A DNA stretch of 64,000 bases from a virus (lineage: Duplodnaviria; Heunggongvirae; Uroviricota; Caudoviricetes), in IMG/VR virus record IMGVR_UViG_2687453424_000001; one strand, 5' to 3'. The translations under genes and the position numbers were made by a program. A model generated the notes under the pieces. The model saw nothing but the letters and a program-made list of their open reading frames with translations, had not been told where the DNA came from and did no database searches. Position 1 is the first letter of the stretch; every line of letters begins with the position of its first letter. Below, piece after piece: positions 37,597 to 49,950 of this stretch.

Positions 37597-40500
37597 NNNN
37601 NNNNNNNNNNNNNNNNNNNNNNNNNNNNNNNNNNNNNNNNNNNNNNNNNNNNNNNNNNNNNNNNNNNNNNNNNNNNNNNNNNNNNNNNNNNNNNNNNNNN
37701 NNNNNNNNNNNNNNNNNNNNNNNNNNNNNNNNNNNNNNNNNNNNNNNNNNNNNNNNNNNNNNNNNNNNNNNNNNNNNNNNNNNNNNNNNNNNNNNNNNNN
37801 NNNNNNNNNNNNNNNNNNNNNNNNNNNNNNNNNNNNNNNNNNNNNNNNNNNNNNNNNNNNNNNNNNNNNNNNNNNNNNNNNNNNNNNNNNNNNNNNNNNN
37901 NNNNNNNNNNNNNNNNNNNNNNNNNNNNNNNNNNNNNNNNNNNNNNNNNNNNNNNNNNNNNNNNNNNNNNNNNNNNNNNNNNNNNNNNNNNNNNNNNNNN
38001 NNNNNNNNNNNNNNNNNNNNNNNNNNNNNNNNNNNNNNNNNNNNNNNNNNNNNNNNNNNNNNNNNNNNNNNNNNNNNNNNNNNNNNNNNNNNNNNNNNNN
38101 NNNNNNNNNNNNNNNNNNNNNNNNNNNNNNNNNNNNNNNNNNNNNNNNNNNNNNNNNNNNNNNNNNNNNNNNNNNNNNNNNNNNNNNNNNNNNNNNNNNN
38201 NNNNNNNNNNNNNNNNNNNNNNNNNNNNNNNNNNNNNNNNNNNNNNNNNNNNNNNNNNNNNNNNNNNNNNNNNNNNNNNNNNNNNNNNNNNNNNNNNNNN
38301 NNNNNNNNNNNNNNNNNNNNNNNNNNNNNNNNNNNNNNNNNNNNNNNNNNNNNNNNNNNNNNNNNNNNNNNNNNNNNNNNNNNNNNNNNNNNNNNNNNNN
38401 NNNNNNNNNNNNNNNNNNNNNNNNNNNNNNNNNNNNNNNNNNNNNNNNNNNNNNNNNNNNNNNNNNNNNNNNNNNNNNNNNNNNNNNNNNNNNNNNNNNN
38501 NNNNNNNNNNNNNNNNNNNNNNNNNNNNNNNNNNNNNNNNNNNNNNNNNNNNNNNNNNNNNNNNNNNNNNNNNNNNNNNNNNNNNNNNNNNNNNNNNNNN
38601 NNNNNNNNNNNNNNNNNNNNNNNNNNNNNNNNNNNNNNNNNNNNNNNNNNNNNNNNNNNNNNNNNNNNNNNNNNNNNNNNNNNNNNNNNNNNNNNNNNNN
38701 NNNNNNNNNNNNNNNNNNNNNNNNNNNNNNNNNNNNNNNNNNNNNNNNNNNNNNNNNNNNNNNNNNNNNNNNNNNNNNNNNNNNNNNNNNNNNNNNNNNN
38801 NNNNNNNNNNNNNNNNNNNNNNNNNNNNNNNNNNNNNNNNNNNNNNNNNNNNNNNNNNNNNNNNNNNNNNNNNNNNNNNNNNNNNNNNNNNNNNNNNNNN
38901 NNNNNNNNNNNNNNNNNNNNNNNNNNNNNNNNNNNNNNNNNNNNNNNNNNNNNNNNNNNNNNNNNNNNNNNNNNNNNNNNNNNNNNNNNNNNNNNNNNNN
39001 NNNNNNNNNNNNNNNNNNNNNNNNNNNNNNNNNNNNNNNNNNNNNNNNNNNNNNNNNNNNNNNNNNNNNNNNNNNNNNNNNNNNNNNNNNNNNNNNNNNN
39101 NNNNNNNNNNNNNNNNNNNNNNNNNNNNNNNNNNNNNNNNNNNNNNNNNNNNNNNNNNNNNNNNNNNNNNNNNNNNNNNNNNNNNNNNNNNNNNNNNNNN
39201 NNNNNNNNNNNNNNNNNNNNNNNNNNNNNNNNNNNNNNNNNNNNNNNNNNNNNNNNNNNNNNNNNNNNNNNNNNNNNNNNNNNNNNNNNNNNNNNNNNNN
39301 NNNNNNNNNNNNNNNNNNNNNNNNNNNNNNNNNNNNNNNNNNNNNNNNNNNNNNNNNNNNNNNNNNNNNNNNNNNNNNNNNNNNNNNNNNNNNNNNNNNN
39401 NNNNNNNNNNNNNNNNNNNNNNNNNNNNNNNNNNNNNNNNNNNNNNNNNNNNNNNNNNNNNNNNNNNNNNNNNNNNNNNNNNNNNNNNNNNNNNNNNNNN
39501 NNNNNNNNNNNNNNNNNNNNNNNNNNNNNNNNNNNNNNNNNNNNNNNNNNNNNNNNNNNNNNNNNNNNNNNNNNNNNNNNNNNNNNNNNNNNNNNNNNNN
39601 NNNNNNNNNNNNNNNNNNNNNNNNNNNNNNNNNNNNNNNNNNNNNNNNNNNNNNNNNNNNNNNNNNNNNNNNNNNNNNNNNNNNNNNNNNNNNNNNNNNN
39701 NNNNNNNNNNNNNNNNNNNNNNNNNNNNNNNNNNNNNNNNNNNNNNNNNNNNNNNNNNNNNNNNNNNNNNNNNNNNNNNNNNNNNNNNNNNNNNNNNNNN
39801 NNNNNNNNNNNNNNNNNNNNNNNNNNNNNNNNNNNNNNNNNNNNNNNNNNNNNNNNNNNNNNNNNNNNNNNNNNNNNNNNNNNNNNNNNNNNNNNNNNNN
39901 NNNNNNNNNNNNNNNNNNNNNNNNNNNNNNNNNNNNNNNNNNNNNNNNNNNNNNNNNNNNNNNNNNNNNNNNNNNNNNNNNNNNNNNNNNNNNNNNNNNN
40001 NNNNNNNNNNNNNNNNNNNNNNNNNNNNNNNNNNNNNNNNNNNNNNNNNNNNNNNNNNNNNNNNNNNNNNNNNNNNNNNNNNNNNNNNNNNNNNNNNNNN
40101 NNNNNNNNNNNNNNNNNNNNNNNNNNNNNNNNNNNNNNNNNNNNNNNNNNNNNNNNNNNNNNNNNNNNNNNNNNNNNNNNNNNNNNNNNNNNNNNNNNNN
40201 NNNNNNNNNNNNNNNNNNNNNNNNNNNNNNNNNNNNNNNNNNNNNNNNNNNNNNNNNNNNNNNNNNNNNNNNNNNNNNNNNNNNNNNNNNNNNNNNNNNN
40301 NNNNNNNNNNNNNNNNNNNNNNNNNNNNNNNNNNNNNNNNNNNNNNNNNNNNNNNNNNNNNNNNNNNNNNNNNNNNNNNNNNNNNNNNNNNNNNNNNNNN
40401 NNNNNNNNNNNNNNNNNNNNNNNNNNNNNNNNNNNNNNNNNNNNNNNNNNNNNNNNNNNNNNNNNNNNNNNNNNNNNNNNNNNNNNNNNNNNNNNNNNNN

Positions 40501-41958
40501 NNNNNNNNNNNNNNNNNNNNNNNNNNNNNNNNNNNNNNNNNNNNNNNNNNNNNNNNNNNNNNNNNNNNNNNNNNNNNNNNNNNNNNNNNNNNNNNNNNNN
40601 NNNNNNNNNNNNNNNNNNNNNNNNNNNNNNNNNNNNNNNNNNNNNNNNNNNNNNNNNNNNNNNNNNNNNNNNNNNNNNNNNNNNNNNNNNNNNNNNNNNN
40701 NNNNNNNNNNNNNNNNNNNNNNNNNNNNNNNNNNNNNNNNNNNNNNNNNNNNNNNNNNNNNNNNNNNNNNNNNNNNNNNNNNNNNNNNNNNNNNNNNNNN
40801 NNNNNNNNNNNNNNNNNNNNNNNNNNNNNNNNNNNNNNNNNNNNNNNNNNNNNNNNNNNNNNNNNNNNNNNNNNNNNNNNNNNNNNNNNNNNNNNNNNNN
40901 NNNNNNNNNNNNNNNNNNNNNNNNNNNNNNNNNNNNNNNNNNNNNNNNNNNNNNNNNNNNNNNNNNNNNNNNNNNNNNNNNNNNNNNNNNNNNNNNNNNN
41001 NNNNNNNNNNNNNNNNNNNNNNNNNNNNNNNNNNNNNNNNNNNNNNNNNNNNNNNNNNNNNNNNNNNNNNNNNNNNNNNNNNNNNNNNNNNNNNNNNNNN
41101 NNNNNNNNNNNNNNNNNNNNNNNNNNNNNNNNNNNNNNNNNNNNNNNNNNNNNNNNNNNNNNNNNNNNNNNNNNNNNNNNNNNNNNNNNNNNNNNNNNNN
41201 NNNNNNNNNNNNNNNNNNNNNNNNNNNNNNNNNNNNNNNNNNNNNNNNNNNNNNNNNNNNNNNNNNNNNNNNNNNNNNNNNNNNNNNNNNNNNNNNNNNN
41301 NNNNNNNNNNNNNNNNNNNNNNNNNNNNNNNNNNNNNNNNNNNNNNNNNNNNNNNNNNNNNNNNNNNNNNNNNNNNNNNNNNNNNNNNNNNNNNNNNNNN
41401 NNNNNNNNNNNNNNNNNNNNNNNNNNNNNNNNNNNNNNNNNNNNNNNNNNNNNNNNNNNNNNNNNNNNNNNNNNNNNNNNNNNNNNNNNNNNNNNNNNNN
41501 NNNNNNNNNNNNNNNNNNNNNNNNNNNNNNNNNNNNNNNNNNNNNNNNNNNNNNNNNNNNNNNNNNNNNNNNNNNNNNNNNNNNNNNNNNNNNNNNNNNN
41601 NNNNNNNNNNNNNNNNNNNNNNNNNNNNNNNNNNNNNNNNNNNNNNNNNNNNNNNNNNNNNNNNNNNNNNNNNNNNNNNNNNNNNNNNNNNNNNNNNNNN
41701 NNNNNNNNNNNNNNNNNNNNNNNNNNNNNNNNNNNNNNNNNNNNNNNNNNNNNNNNNNNNNNNNNNNNNNNNNNNNNNNNNNNNNNNNNNNNNNNNNNNN
41801 NNNNNNNNNNNNNNNNNNNNNNNNNNNNNNNNNNNNNNNNNNNNNNNNNNNNNNNNNNNNNNNNNNNNNNNNNNNNNNNNNNNNNNNNNNNNNNNNNNNN
41901 NNNNNNNNNNNNNNNNNNNNNNNNNNNNNNNNNNNNNNNNNNNNNNNNNNNNNNNNNN
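37597..41958. other. assembly gap (N run)
   Basis: Uninterrupted N. Confidence 1.
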
Positions 41959-42439
41959 GTCTCTCTGCGTCCCAGGAGCCCAGCCCAGCTCAGCAGGAGA
42001 GGCCCAGCCCATGGTGGTTCTGCCTCTGTCCTGCTGGGCTCCCTCCAGGGCTCCCTGGGGCTCCAGGGGAACACCATGGGAAACAGCCTGAAGCAAGCAC
42101 TGATGTTCCTTCCCTCAGCTGGCAGACACACTGCCTGCCTGCAGTGTCATTTCTCTGATGAGAGACAGAGATTGGTCTGAACAACAAGATTTTGTAGGAT
42201 CATGGAACCATTTATTTTGGAAAAGACACTTTAGAACATTGAGTCCACCATTAACCAAACACTGGCAAGTCAACACATGAACCATGTCCATTAGAGCATG
42301 TCTTTTAAATACCTCCAGGGATGGTGACACAACCACTTCTGCAGGCAGCGTTTTTCTTGTCCCATCATCAGACAGGACAGGCAGGCCAGGACAGGCTGGG
42401 ATCTCCTTTACCCCGGCTGAAGGAAGGGATTCAGCCCGG

Positions 42440-42720
42440 TCAGCTGACCCATCTCATCCTGGGATTGCAGCCCTGGGGCTGGAAGGGGATTCAGCTCCGT
42501 CCCATAAACACCAGAAACCCACAGGAGCTCTCACTTCCTCAGAAGGTGAAAATGTACCATTATGTAGATGATGTCTTAATCAGAGATTCCCCCACAAAGG
42601 CAGGGGAAGCAGCAACAGCAGTGTGGGAAGCACTACAGGATGTCAAAGTTCCACCTGAGCAACGTCAGAAGCCAAGTAGAAACCAGCAGATCAATGCTCC
42701 CACCCAACTTGGTGTTGGCC
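42440..42720 (+). mobile_element. retroelement reverse-transcriptase fragment (YVDD motif), degenerate
   Basis: Plus-strand peptide GIQLRPINTRNPQELSLPQKVKMYHYVDDVLIRDSPTKAGEAATAVWEALQ carries the RT catalytic Y-V-D-D motif. Confidence 0.55.
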
Positions 42721-42819
42721 GCAAATTTACACATCCCAGTATGGAGCAGTGTGGACCAGCTTGCACCAGTACAGACCAACATAGGCCACTATGGCCCCAG
42801 ATACTGCTGGGGTTTTAAT

Positions 42820-42990
42820 ATCCCAGTGCTCCCAGTCCCTGCTGCAGGTCTTCCCACTTGCAGCTGTGCTCAACTCCCAATCCCTTCCAGTGCTCCCACT
42901 ACCTGCTGCAGGTGCTCCCAGTCCTTCCCAGTCCCTCCCAGTGCTCCCAGTCCTTGCCACAGGTGCTCCTGCTCATCCCCCACCAGACCT
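42820..42990. repeat. short imperfect tandem repeat (CCCAGTGCTCCCAGTCC-type units)
   Basis: CCCAGTGCTCCCAGTCCCTGCTGCAGGT...CAGTGCTCCCACTACCTGCTGCAGGTGCTCCCAGTCCTTCCCAGTCCCTCCCAGTGCTCCCAGTCCTTGCCACAGGTGCTCC: several degenerate copies. Confidence 0.5.
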
Positions 42991-43061
42991 CCTTGGTCTT
43001 TTTCAGAAGGACACCCCAAATTAGGCAACCCCCACTCTGGGGCTGGCCCTGCCGACTCCCT

Positions 43062-46000
43062 NNNNNNNNNNNNNNNNNNNNNNNNNNNNNNNNNNNNNNN
43101 NNNNNNNNNNNNNNNNNNNNNNNNNNNNNNNNNNNNNNNNNNNNNNNNNNNNNNNNNNNNNNNNNNNNNNNNNNNNNNNNNNNNNNNNNNNNNNNNNNNN
43201 NNNNNNNNNNNNNNNNNNNNNNNNNNNNNNNNNNNNNNNNNNNNNNNNNNNNNNNNNNNNNNNNNNNNNNNNNNNNNNNNNNNNNNNNNNNNNNNNNNNN
43301 NNNNNNNNNNNNNNNNNNNNNNNNNNNNNNNNNNNNNNNNNNNNNNNNNNNNNNNNNNNNNNNNNNNNNNNNNNNNNNNNNNNNNNNNNNNNNNNNNNNN
43401 NNNNNNNNNNNNNNNNNNNNNNNNNNNNNNNNNNNNNNNNNNNNNNNNNNNNNNNNNNNNNNNNNNNNNNNNNNNNNNNNNNNNNNNNNNNNNNNNNNNN
43501 NNNNNNNNNNNNNNNNNNNNNNNNNNNNNNNNNNNNNNNNNNNNNNNNNNNNNNNNNNNNNNNNNNNNNNNNNNNNNNNNNNNNNNNNNNNNNNNNNNNN
43601 NNNNNNNNNNNNNNNNNNNNNNNNNNNNNNNNNNNNNNNNNNNNNNNNNNNNNNNNNNNNNNNNNNNNNNNNNNNNNNNNNNNNNNNNNNNNNNNNNNNN
43701 NNNNNNNNNNNNNNNNNNNNNNNNNNNNNNNNNNNNNNNNNNNNNNNNNNNNNNNNNNNNNNNNNNNNNNNNNNNNNNNNNNNNNNNNNNNNNNNNNNNN
43801 NNNNNNNNNNNNNNNNNNNNNNNNNNNNNNNNNNNNNNNNNNNNNNNNNNNNNNNNNNNNNNNNNNNNNNNNNNNNNNNNNNNNNNNNNNNNNNNNNNNN
43901 NNNNNNNNNNNNNNNNNNNNNNNNNNNNNNNNNNNNNNNNNNNNNNNNNNNNNNNNNNNNNNNNNNNNNNNNNNNNNNNNNNNNNNNNNNNNNNNNNNNN
44001 NNNNNNNNNNNNNNNNNNNNNNNNNNNNNNNNNNNNNNNNNNNNNNNNNNNNNNNNNNNNNNNNNNNNNNNNNNNNNNNNNNNNNNNNNNNNNNNNNNNN
44101 NNNNNNNNNNNNNNNNNNNNNNNNNNNNNNNNNNNNNNNNNNNNNNNNNNNNNNNNNNNNNNNNNNNNNNNNNNNNNNNNNNNNNNNNNNNNNNNNNNNN
44201 NNNNNNNNNNNNNNNNNNNNNNNNNNNNNNNNNNNNNNNNNNNNNNNNNNNNNNNNNNNNNNNNNNNNNNNNNNNNNNNNNNNNNNNNNNNNNNNNNNNN
44301 NNNNNNNNNNNNNNNNNNNNNNNNNNNNNNNNNNNNNNNNNNNNNNNNNNNNNNNNNNNNNNNNNNNNNNNNNNNNNNNNNNNNNNNNNNNNNNNNNNNN
44401 NNNNNNNNNNNNNNNNNNNNNNNNNNNNNNNNNNNNNNNNNNNNNNNNNNNNNNNNNNNNNNNNNNNNNNNNNNNNNNNNNNNNNNNNNNNNNNNNNNNN
44501 NNNNNNNNNNNNNNNNNNNNNNNNNNNNNNNNNNNNNNNNNNNNNNNNNNNNNNNNNNNNNNNNNNNNNNNNNNNNNNNNNNNNNNNNNNNNNNNNNNNN
44601 NNNNNNNNNNNNNNNNNNNNNNNNNNNNNNNNNNNNNNNNNNNNNNNNNNNNNNNNNNNNNNNNNNNNNNNNNNNNNNNNNNNNNNNNNNNNNNNNNNNN
44701 NNNNNNNNNNNNNNNNNNNNNNNNNNNNNNNNNNNNNNNNNNNNNNNNNNNNNNNNNNNNNNNNNNNNNNNNNNNNNNNNNNNNNNNNNNNNNNNNNNNN
44801 NNNNNNNNNNNNNNNNNNNNNNNNNNNNNNNNNNNNNNNNNNNNNNNNNNNNNNNNNNNNNNNNNNNNNNNNNNNNNNNNNNNNNNNNNNNNNNNNNNNN
44901 NNNNNNNNNNNNNNNNNNNNNNNNNNNNNNNNNNNNNNNNNNNNNNNNNNNNNNNNNNNNNNNNNNNNNNNNNNNNNNNNNNNNNNNNNNNNNNNNNNNN
45001 NNNNNNNNNNNNNNNNNNNNNNNNNNNNNNNNNNNNNNNNNNNNNNNNNNNNNNNNNNNNNNNNNNNNNNNNNNNNNNNNNNNNNNNNNNNNNNNNNNNN
45101 NNNNNNNNNNNNNNNNNNNNNNNNNNNNNNNNNNNNNNNNNNNNNNNNNNNNNNNNNNNNNNNNNNNNNNNNNNNNNNNNNNNNNNNNNNNNNNNNNNNN
45201 NNNNNNNNNNNNNNNNNNNNNNNNNNNNNNNNNNNNNNNNNNNNNNNNNNNNNNNNNNNNNNNNNNNNNNNNNNNNNNNNNNNNNNNNNNNNNNNNNNNN
45301 NNNNNNNNNNNNNNNNNNNNNNNNNNNNNNNNNNNNNNNNNNNNNNNNNNNNNNNNNNNNNNNNNNNNNNNNNNNNNNNNNNNNNNNNNNNNNNNNNNNN
45401 NNNNNNNNNNNNNNNNNNNNNNNNNNNNNNNNNNNNNNNNNNNNNNNNNNNNNNNNNNNNNNNNNNNNNNNNNNNNNNNNNNNNNNNNNNNNNNNNNNNN
45501 NNNNNNNNNNNNNNNNNNNNNNNNNNNNNNNNNNNNNNNNNNNNNNNNNNNNNNNNNNNNNNNNNNNNNNNNNNNNNNNNNNNNNNNNNNNNNNNNNNNN
45601 NNNNNNNNNNNNNNNNNNNNNNNNNNNNNNNNNNNNNNNNNNNNNNNNNNNNNNNNNNNNNNNNNNNNNNNNNNNNNNNNNNNNNNNNNNNNNNNNNNNN
45701 NNNNNNNNNNNNNNNNNNNNNNNNNNNNNNNNNNNNNNNNNNNNNNNNNNNNNNNNNNNNNNNNNNNNNNNNNNNNNNNNNNNNNNNNNNNNNNNNNNNN
45801 NNNNNNNNNNNNNNNNNNNNNNNNNNNNNNNNNNNNNNNNNNNNNNNNNNNNNNNNNNNNNNNNNNNNNNNNNNNNNNNNNNNNNNNNNNNNNNNNNNNN
45901 NNNNNNNNNNNNNNNNNNNNNNNNNNNNNNNNNNNNNNNNNNNNNNNNNNNNNNNNNNNNNNNNNNNNNNNNNNNNNNNNNNNNNNNNNNNNNNNNNNNN

Positions 46001-47938
46001 NNNNNNNNNNNNNNNNNNNNNNNNNNNNNNNNNNNNNNNNNNNNNNNNNNNNNNNNNNNNNNNNNNNNNNNNNNNNNNNNNNNNNNNNNNNNNNNNNNNN
46101 NNNNNNNNNNNNNNNNNNNNNNNNNNNNNNNNNNNNNNNNNNNNNNNNNNNNNNNNNNNNNNNNNNNNNNNNNNNNNNNNNNNNNNNNNNNNNNNNNNNN
46201 NNNNNNNNNNNNNNNNNNNNNNNNNNNNNNNNNNNNNNNNNNNNNNNNNNNNNNNNNNNNNNNNNNNNNNNNNNNNNNNNNNNNNNNNNNNNNNNNNNNN
46301 NNNNNNNNNNNNNNNNNNNNNNNNNNNNNNNNNNNNNNNNNNNNNNNNNNNNNNNNNNNNNNNNNNNNNNNNNNNNNNNNNNNNNNNNNNNNNNNNNNNN
46401 NNNNNNNNNNNNNNNNNNNNNNNNNNNNNNNNNNNNNNNNNNNNNNNNNNNNNNNNNNNNNNNNNNNNNNNNNNNNNNNNNNNNNNNNNNNNNNNNNNNN
46501 NNNNNNNNNNNNNNNNNNNNNNNNNNNNNNNNNNNNNNNNNNNNNNNNNNNNNNNNNNNNNNNNNNNNNNNNNNNNNNNNNNNNNNNNNNNNNNNNNNNN
46601 NNNNNNNNNNNNNNNNNNNNNNNNNNNNNNNNNNNNNNNNNNNNNNNNNNNNNNNNNNNNNNNNNNNNNNNNNNNNNNNNNNNNNNNNNNNNNNNNNNNN
46701 NNNNNNNNNNNNNNNNNNNNNNNNNNNNNNNNNNNNNNNNNNNNNNNNNNNNNNNNNNNNNNNNNNNNNNNNNNNNNNNNNNNNNNNNNNNNNNNNNNNN
46801 NNNNNNNNNNNNNNNNNNNNNNNNNNNNNNNNNNNNNNNNNNNNNNNNNNNNNNNNNNNNNNNNNNNNNNNNNNNNNNNNNNNNNNNNNNNNNNNNNNNN
46901 NNNNNNNNNNNNNNNNNNNNNNNNNNNNNNNNNNNNNNNNNNNNNNNNNNNNNNNNNNNNNNNNNNNNNNNNNNNNNNNNNNNNNNNNNNNNNNNNNNNN
47001 NNNNNNNNNNNNNNNNNNNNNNNNNNNNNNNNNNNNNNNNNNNNNNNNNNNNNNNNNNNNNNNNNNNNNNNNNNNNNNNNNNNNNNNNNNNNNNNNNNNN
47101 NNNNNNNNNNNNNNNNNNNNNNNNNNNNNNNNNNNNNNNNNNNNNNNNNNNNNNNNNNNNNNNNNNNNNNNNNNNNNNNNNNNNNNNNNNNNNNNNNNNN
47201 NNNNNNNNNNNNNNNNNNNNNNNNNNNNNNNNNNNNNNNNNNNNNNNNNNNNNNNNNNNNNNNNNNNNNNNNNNNNNNNNNNNNNNNNNNNNNNNNNNNN
47301 NNNNNNNNNNNNNNNNNNNNNNNNNNNNNNNNNNNNNNNNNNNNNNNNNNNNNNNNNNNNNNNNNNNNNNNNNNNNNNNNNNNNNNNNNNNNNNNNNNNN
47401 NNNNNNNNNNNNNNNNNNNNNNNNNNNNNNNNNNNNNNNNNNNNNNNNNNNNNNNNNNNNNNNNNNNNNNNNNNNNNNNNNNNNNNNNNNNNNNNNNNNN
47501 NNNNNNNNNNNNNNNNNNNNNNNNNNNNNNNNNNNNNNNNNNNNNNNNNNNNNNNNNNNNNNNNNNNNNNNNNNNNNNNNNNNNNNNNNNNNNNNNNNNN
47601 NNNNNNNNNNNNNNNNNNNNNNNNNNNNNNNNNNNNNNNNNNNNNNNNNNNNNNNNNNNNNNNNNNNNNNNNNNNNNNNNNNNNNNNNNNNNNNNNNNNN
47701 NNNNNNNNNNNNNNNNNNNNNNNNNNNNNNNNNNNNNNNNNNNNNNNNNNNNNNNNNNNNNNNNNNNNNNNNNNNNNNNNNNNNNNNNNNNNNNNNNNNN
47801 NNNNNNNNNNNNNNNNNNNNNNNNNNNNNNNNNNNNNNNNNNNNNNNNNNNNNNNNNNNNNNNNNNNNNNNNNNNNNNNNNNNNNNNNNNNNNNNNNNNN
47901 NNNNNNNNNNNNNNNNNNNNNNNNNNNNNNNNNNNNNN
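43062..47938. other. assembly gap (N run)
   Basis: Uninterrupted N. Confidence 1.
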
Positions 47939-48389
47939 CTTCCTGAAGGGTTCCGTGGGGTTCCGTGGCCTCACACACCTGAACACGGAGAGTTCCAGAA
48001 TCAGCCACCCCTGTGGTCCCCATGTCCCCAAGGTCATTGTGATGCATGAACCCTGACTGGGTCCATGGGGTGCTCTGGATTTGCTCCAGGCACTCTCTGG
48101 GAATCTCTAGGGGCATCCCTGGGTTGCTCTGGGCATCCTGAGGATGCTCTGGGGGTGCTTTAGGTGTCACCACAGACCAAATCCCTCCCAAATCTGGCAA
48201 ACCTGGGGTTTATTGGTTTTTTTACTCCAACCTTGCCATGAGCAGGGAGCACTTTCTCCATCCTGACCCTTATTCAATAGAATTTCTCTCCCTCTCATCC
48301 AATCTATATTAAATCTGTGGTAAATCCAGGAAAAGCTGCCTCTCTGCTTGCCTTGAACCAGGAAAGACCCGCTGCCAAATGAATGTCAT

Positions 48390-48560
48390 TCTGGGCAGCC
48401 TGTGACAGTGTCCCACCACGCTCACAGGGAAGAACTTCCCCCTAAGGTCCCATCATATTCACCCCCTTCTGTCAACTTAAAGCCGTTCCCACTTGTCTGA
48501 TCACTACACGCCCTTGTAAAGAATGCCCCTCCAGCTTTCTTGTAGGCATCAAACGTGGTC
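48390..48560 (-). mobile_element. CR1-like fragment (same divergent subfamily as 30940-31100)
   Basis: GTGTCCCACCACGCTCACAGGGAAGAACTTCCCCCTAAGGTCCCATC...TTAAAGCCGTTCCCACTTGTCTGATCACTACACGCCCTTGTAAAGAATGCCCCTCCAGCTTTCTTGTAGGC. Confidence 0.5.
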
Positions 48561-48689
48561 ACGTCCCTTGCACTGCCCTTCCCTCCCCTGCCCACATCCC
48601 TCCATCCCGCAGGGGGGCAGAGAGACCCCGCAGCTGCCCCACGGGGAAACTGGGGGGAGTCACCCGGGAGGCCCAGATCCCTCGTCGGG

Positions 48690-48962
48690 GCAGGCTGGGT
48701 ATTGGACGGTGAGTGGTGAGCAATTGTATTCTCTCCCCTTGTTCTTCCCCTCACCATTATTGTTACTGGCGGTAGCAGCAGTGGGTTTCAGTTATCCCTT
48801 AGTTACTGGACTGCTCTTATCTCAACCCATGGCAGTTACATTCTTTCCATTCTCCTCCCCTTCCCTCTGGAGCTCGGGGGGCGGTGGGGATGGAGGTCAG
48901 AGGGAGGTGGGGGGAGAGGAAGGAGAGTGAGCGAGCGGCTGCGTGGTTCTCAGTTACCGGCT
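48690..48962 (-). repeat. ~0.55 kb interspersed repeat, copy 4 (first ~270 bp only, inverted), abutting the minisatellite
   Basis: Reverse complement begins GTCATGGTTTAGCCCAGCCGGTAACTGAGAACCACGCAGCCGCTCGCT and continues through ...GGAGAATGGAAAGAATGTAACTGCCATGGGTTGAGATAAGAGCAGTCCAGTAACTAAGGGATAACTGAAACCCACTGCTGCTACC, colinear with copies 1-3. Confidence 0.55.
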
Positions 48963-49950
48963 GGGCTAAACCATGACACTCCCCAGACCCACAAATACCC
49001 CCCAAGTGACCCCCATCGAGCCACATCTGCCTGCCAAGTGACCCCCCAGAGACCCCCAGACACACAACTGCCCCCCATGTGACCCCAAATTGACTCCGCA
49101 GACCAACCACTGCGACCCAAGTGACCCTGAAGTGACCCCCCAGACCCACAACTATCTCCAAAGTGACCCCCAAGGGACCACCCATACCTACAACTGCCCC
49201 CAAATGACCACCAAGCAACCACCTAGACCCCCAACTGTCCCCAAATTGACCCCCACGTGACCCCCATCGAGCCACAGCTGTCCCCCAAGTGACCCCAAAT
49301 TGACTCCCCAGACCCACAACTGCCTCACAAGTGACCCCAAGTGACCACCCAGTCCCACAACTGTCCCCCAAGTGACCCCAAATTGACTCCCCAGACCCAC
49401 AACTGCCCCACAAGTTACCCCAAGTAAGCACCCAGACCCACAAGTGCCCTGCATGTGACCCTCCAGACCCACAAATGCCCCCCCAAGTGACTCCAAATTG
49501 ACTCCATAGACCAAAAACTGCCTCTCAAGTGACCCCCCAGTGACTTCCAGAACCACAACTGCCCCCAAGTGTCCCTAAAGATATCCCCATAGAGCCAAAA
49601 ACTGCCCCCCAAGTGACCCCAAATTGACTCCCCAGACCCACATCTCCCGCCAAGTGACCACCCAGGCAAACAACTGCCCCCCCAAGTGACTCCCCAGACT
49701 CAAAACTGCCTCCCAAGTGACACCCTAGACCCACAACTGCCTCCTAAGTGACCCCTGAGTAAACCCGCAGATCCACAACTGTCATTCAAGTGGCCCCCAG
49801 GTGTCCACCCAGACGCACAACAAACCCAAGTGACCCCCAAGTGGCACGTCAGACCTACACCTCCACCTCCAGTGACCTCCCAGTCACCCCCAAACCCACT
49901 CCTGCCCCTCAAATGACTCCCCAGACCCACAACTGCCCCCCAGGTTGGGG
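48962..49950. repeat. ~1 kb minisatellite, strongly C-rich on the plus strand; ~20-22 bp sub-repeats often organised as ~41-42 bp higher-order units
   Basis: Recurring CCCAGACCCACAACTGCCCCCCAAGTGACCCCAAATTGACT-type units from ~48962 to ~49950, with substitutions; complementary strand carries regularly spaced G3-G6 runs. Confidence 0.8.

Noticed and set aside
48817-49930. Glycine-rich repetitive ORFs on the minus strand across the minisatellite (e.g. 48817..49443, 49188..49568)
   Set aside because: They arise from translating the G-rich strand of the tandem repeat; the periodic peptide repeats simply mirror the DNA repeat.
48962-49950. Regular ~41 bp periodicity considered as a possible CRISPR array
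   Set aside because: There are no unique spacers between conserved repeats (the whole unit is repeated with point changes), it lies in vertebrate repeat context with no cas genes, and repeat units lack dyad symmetry; it is a minisatellite.
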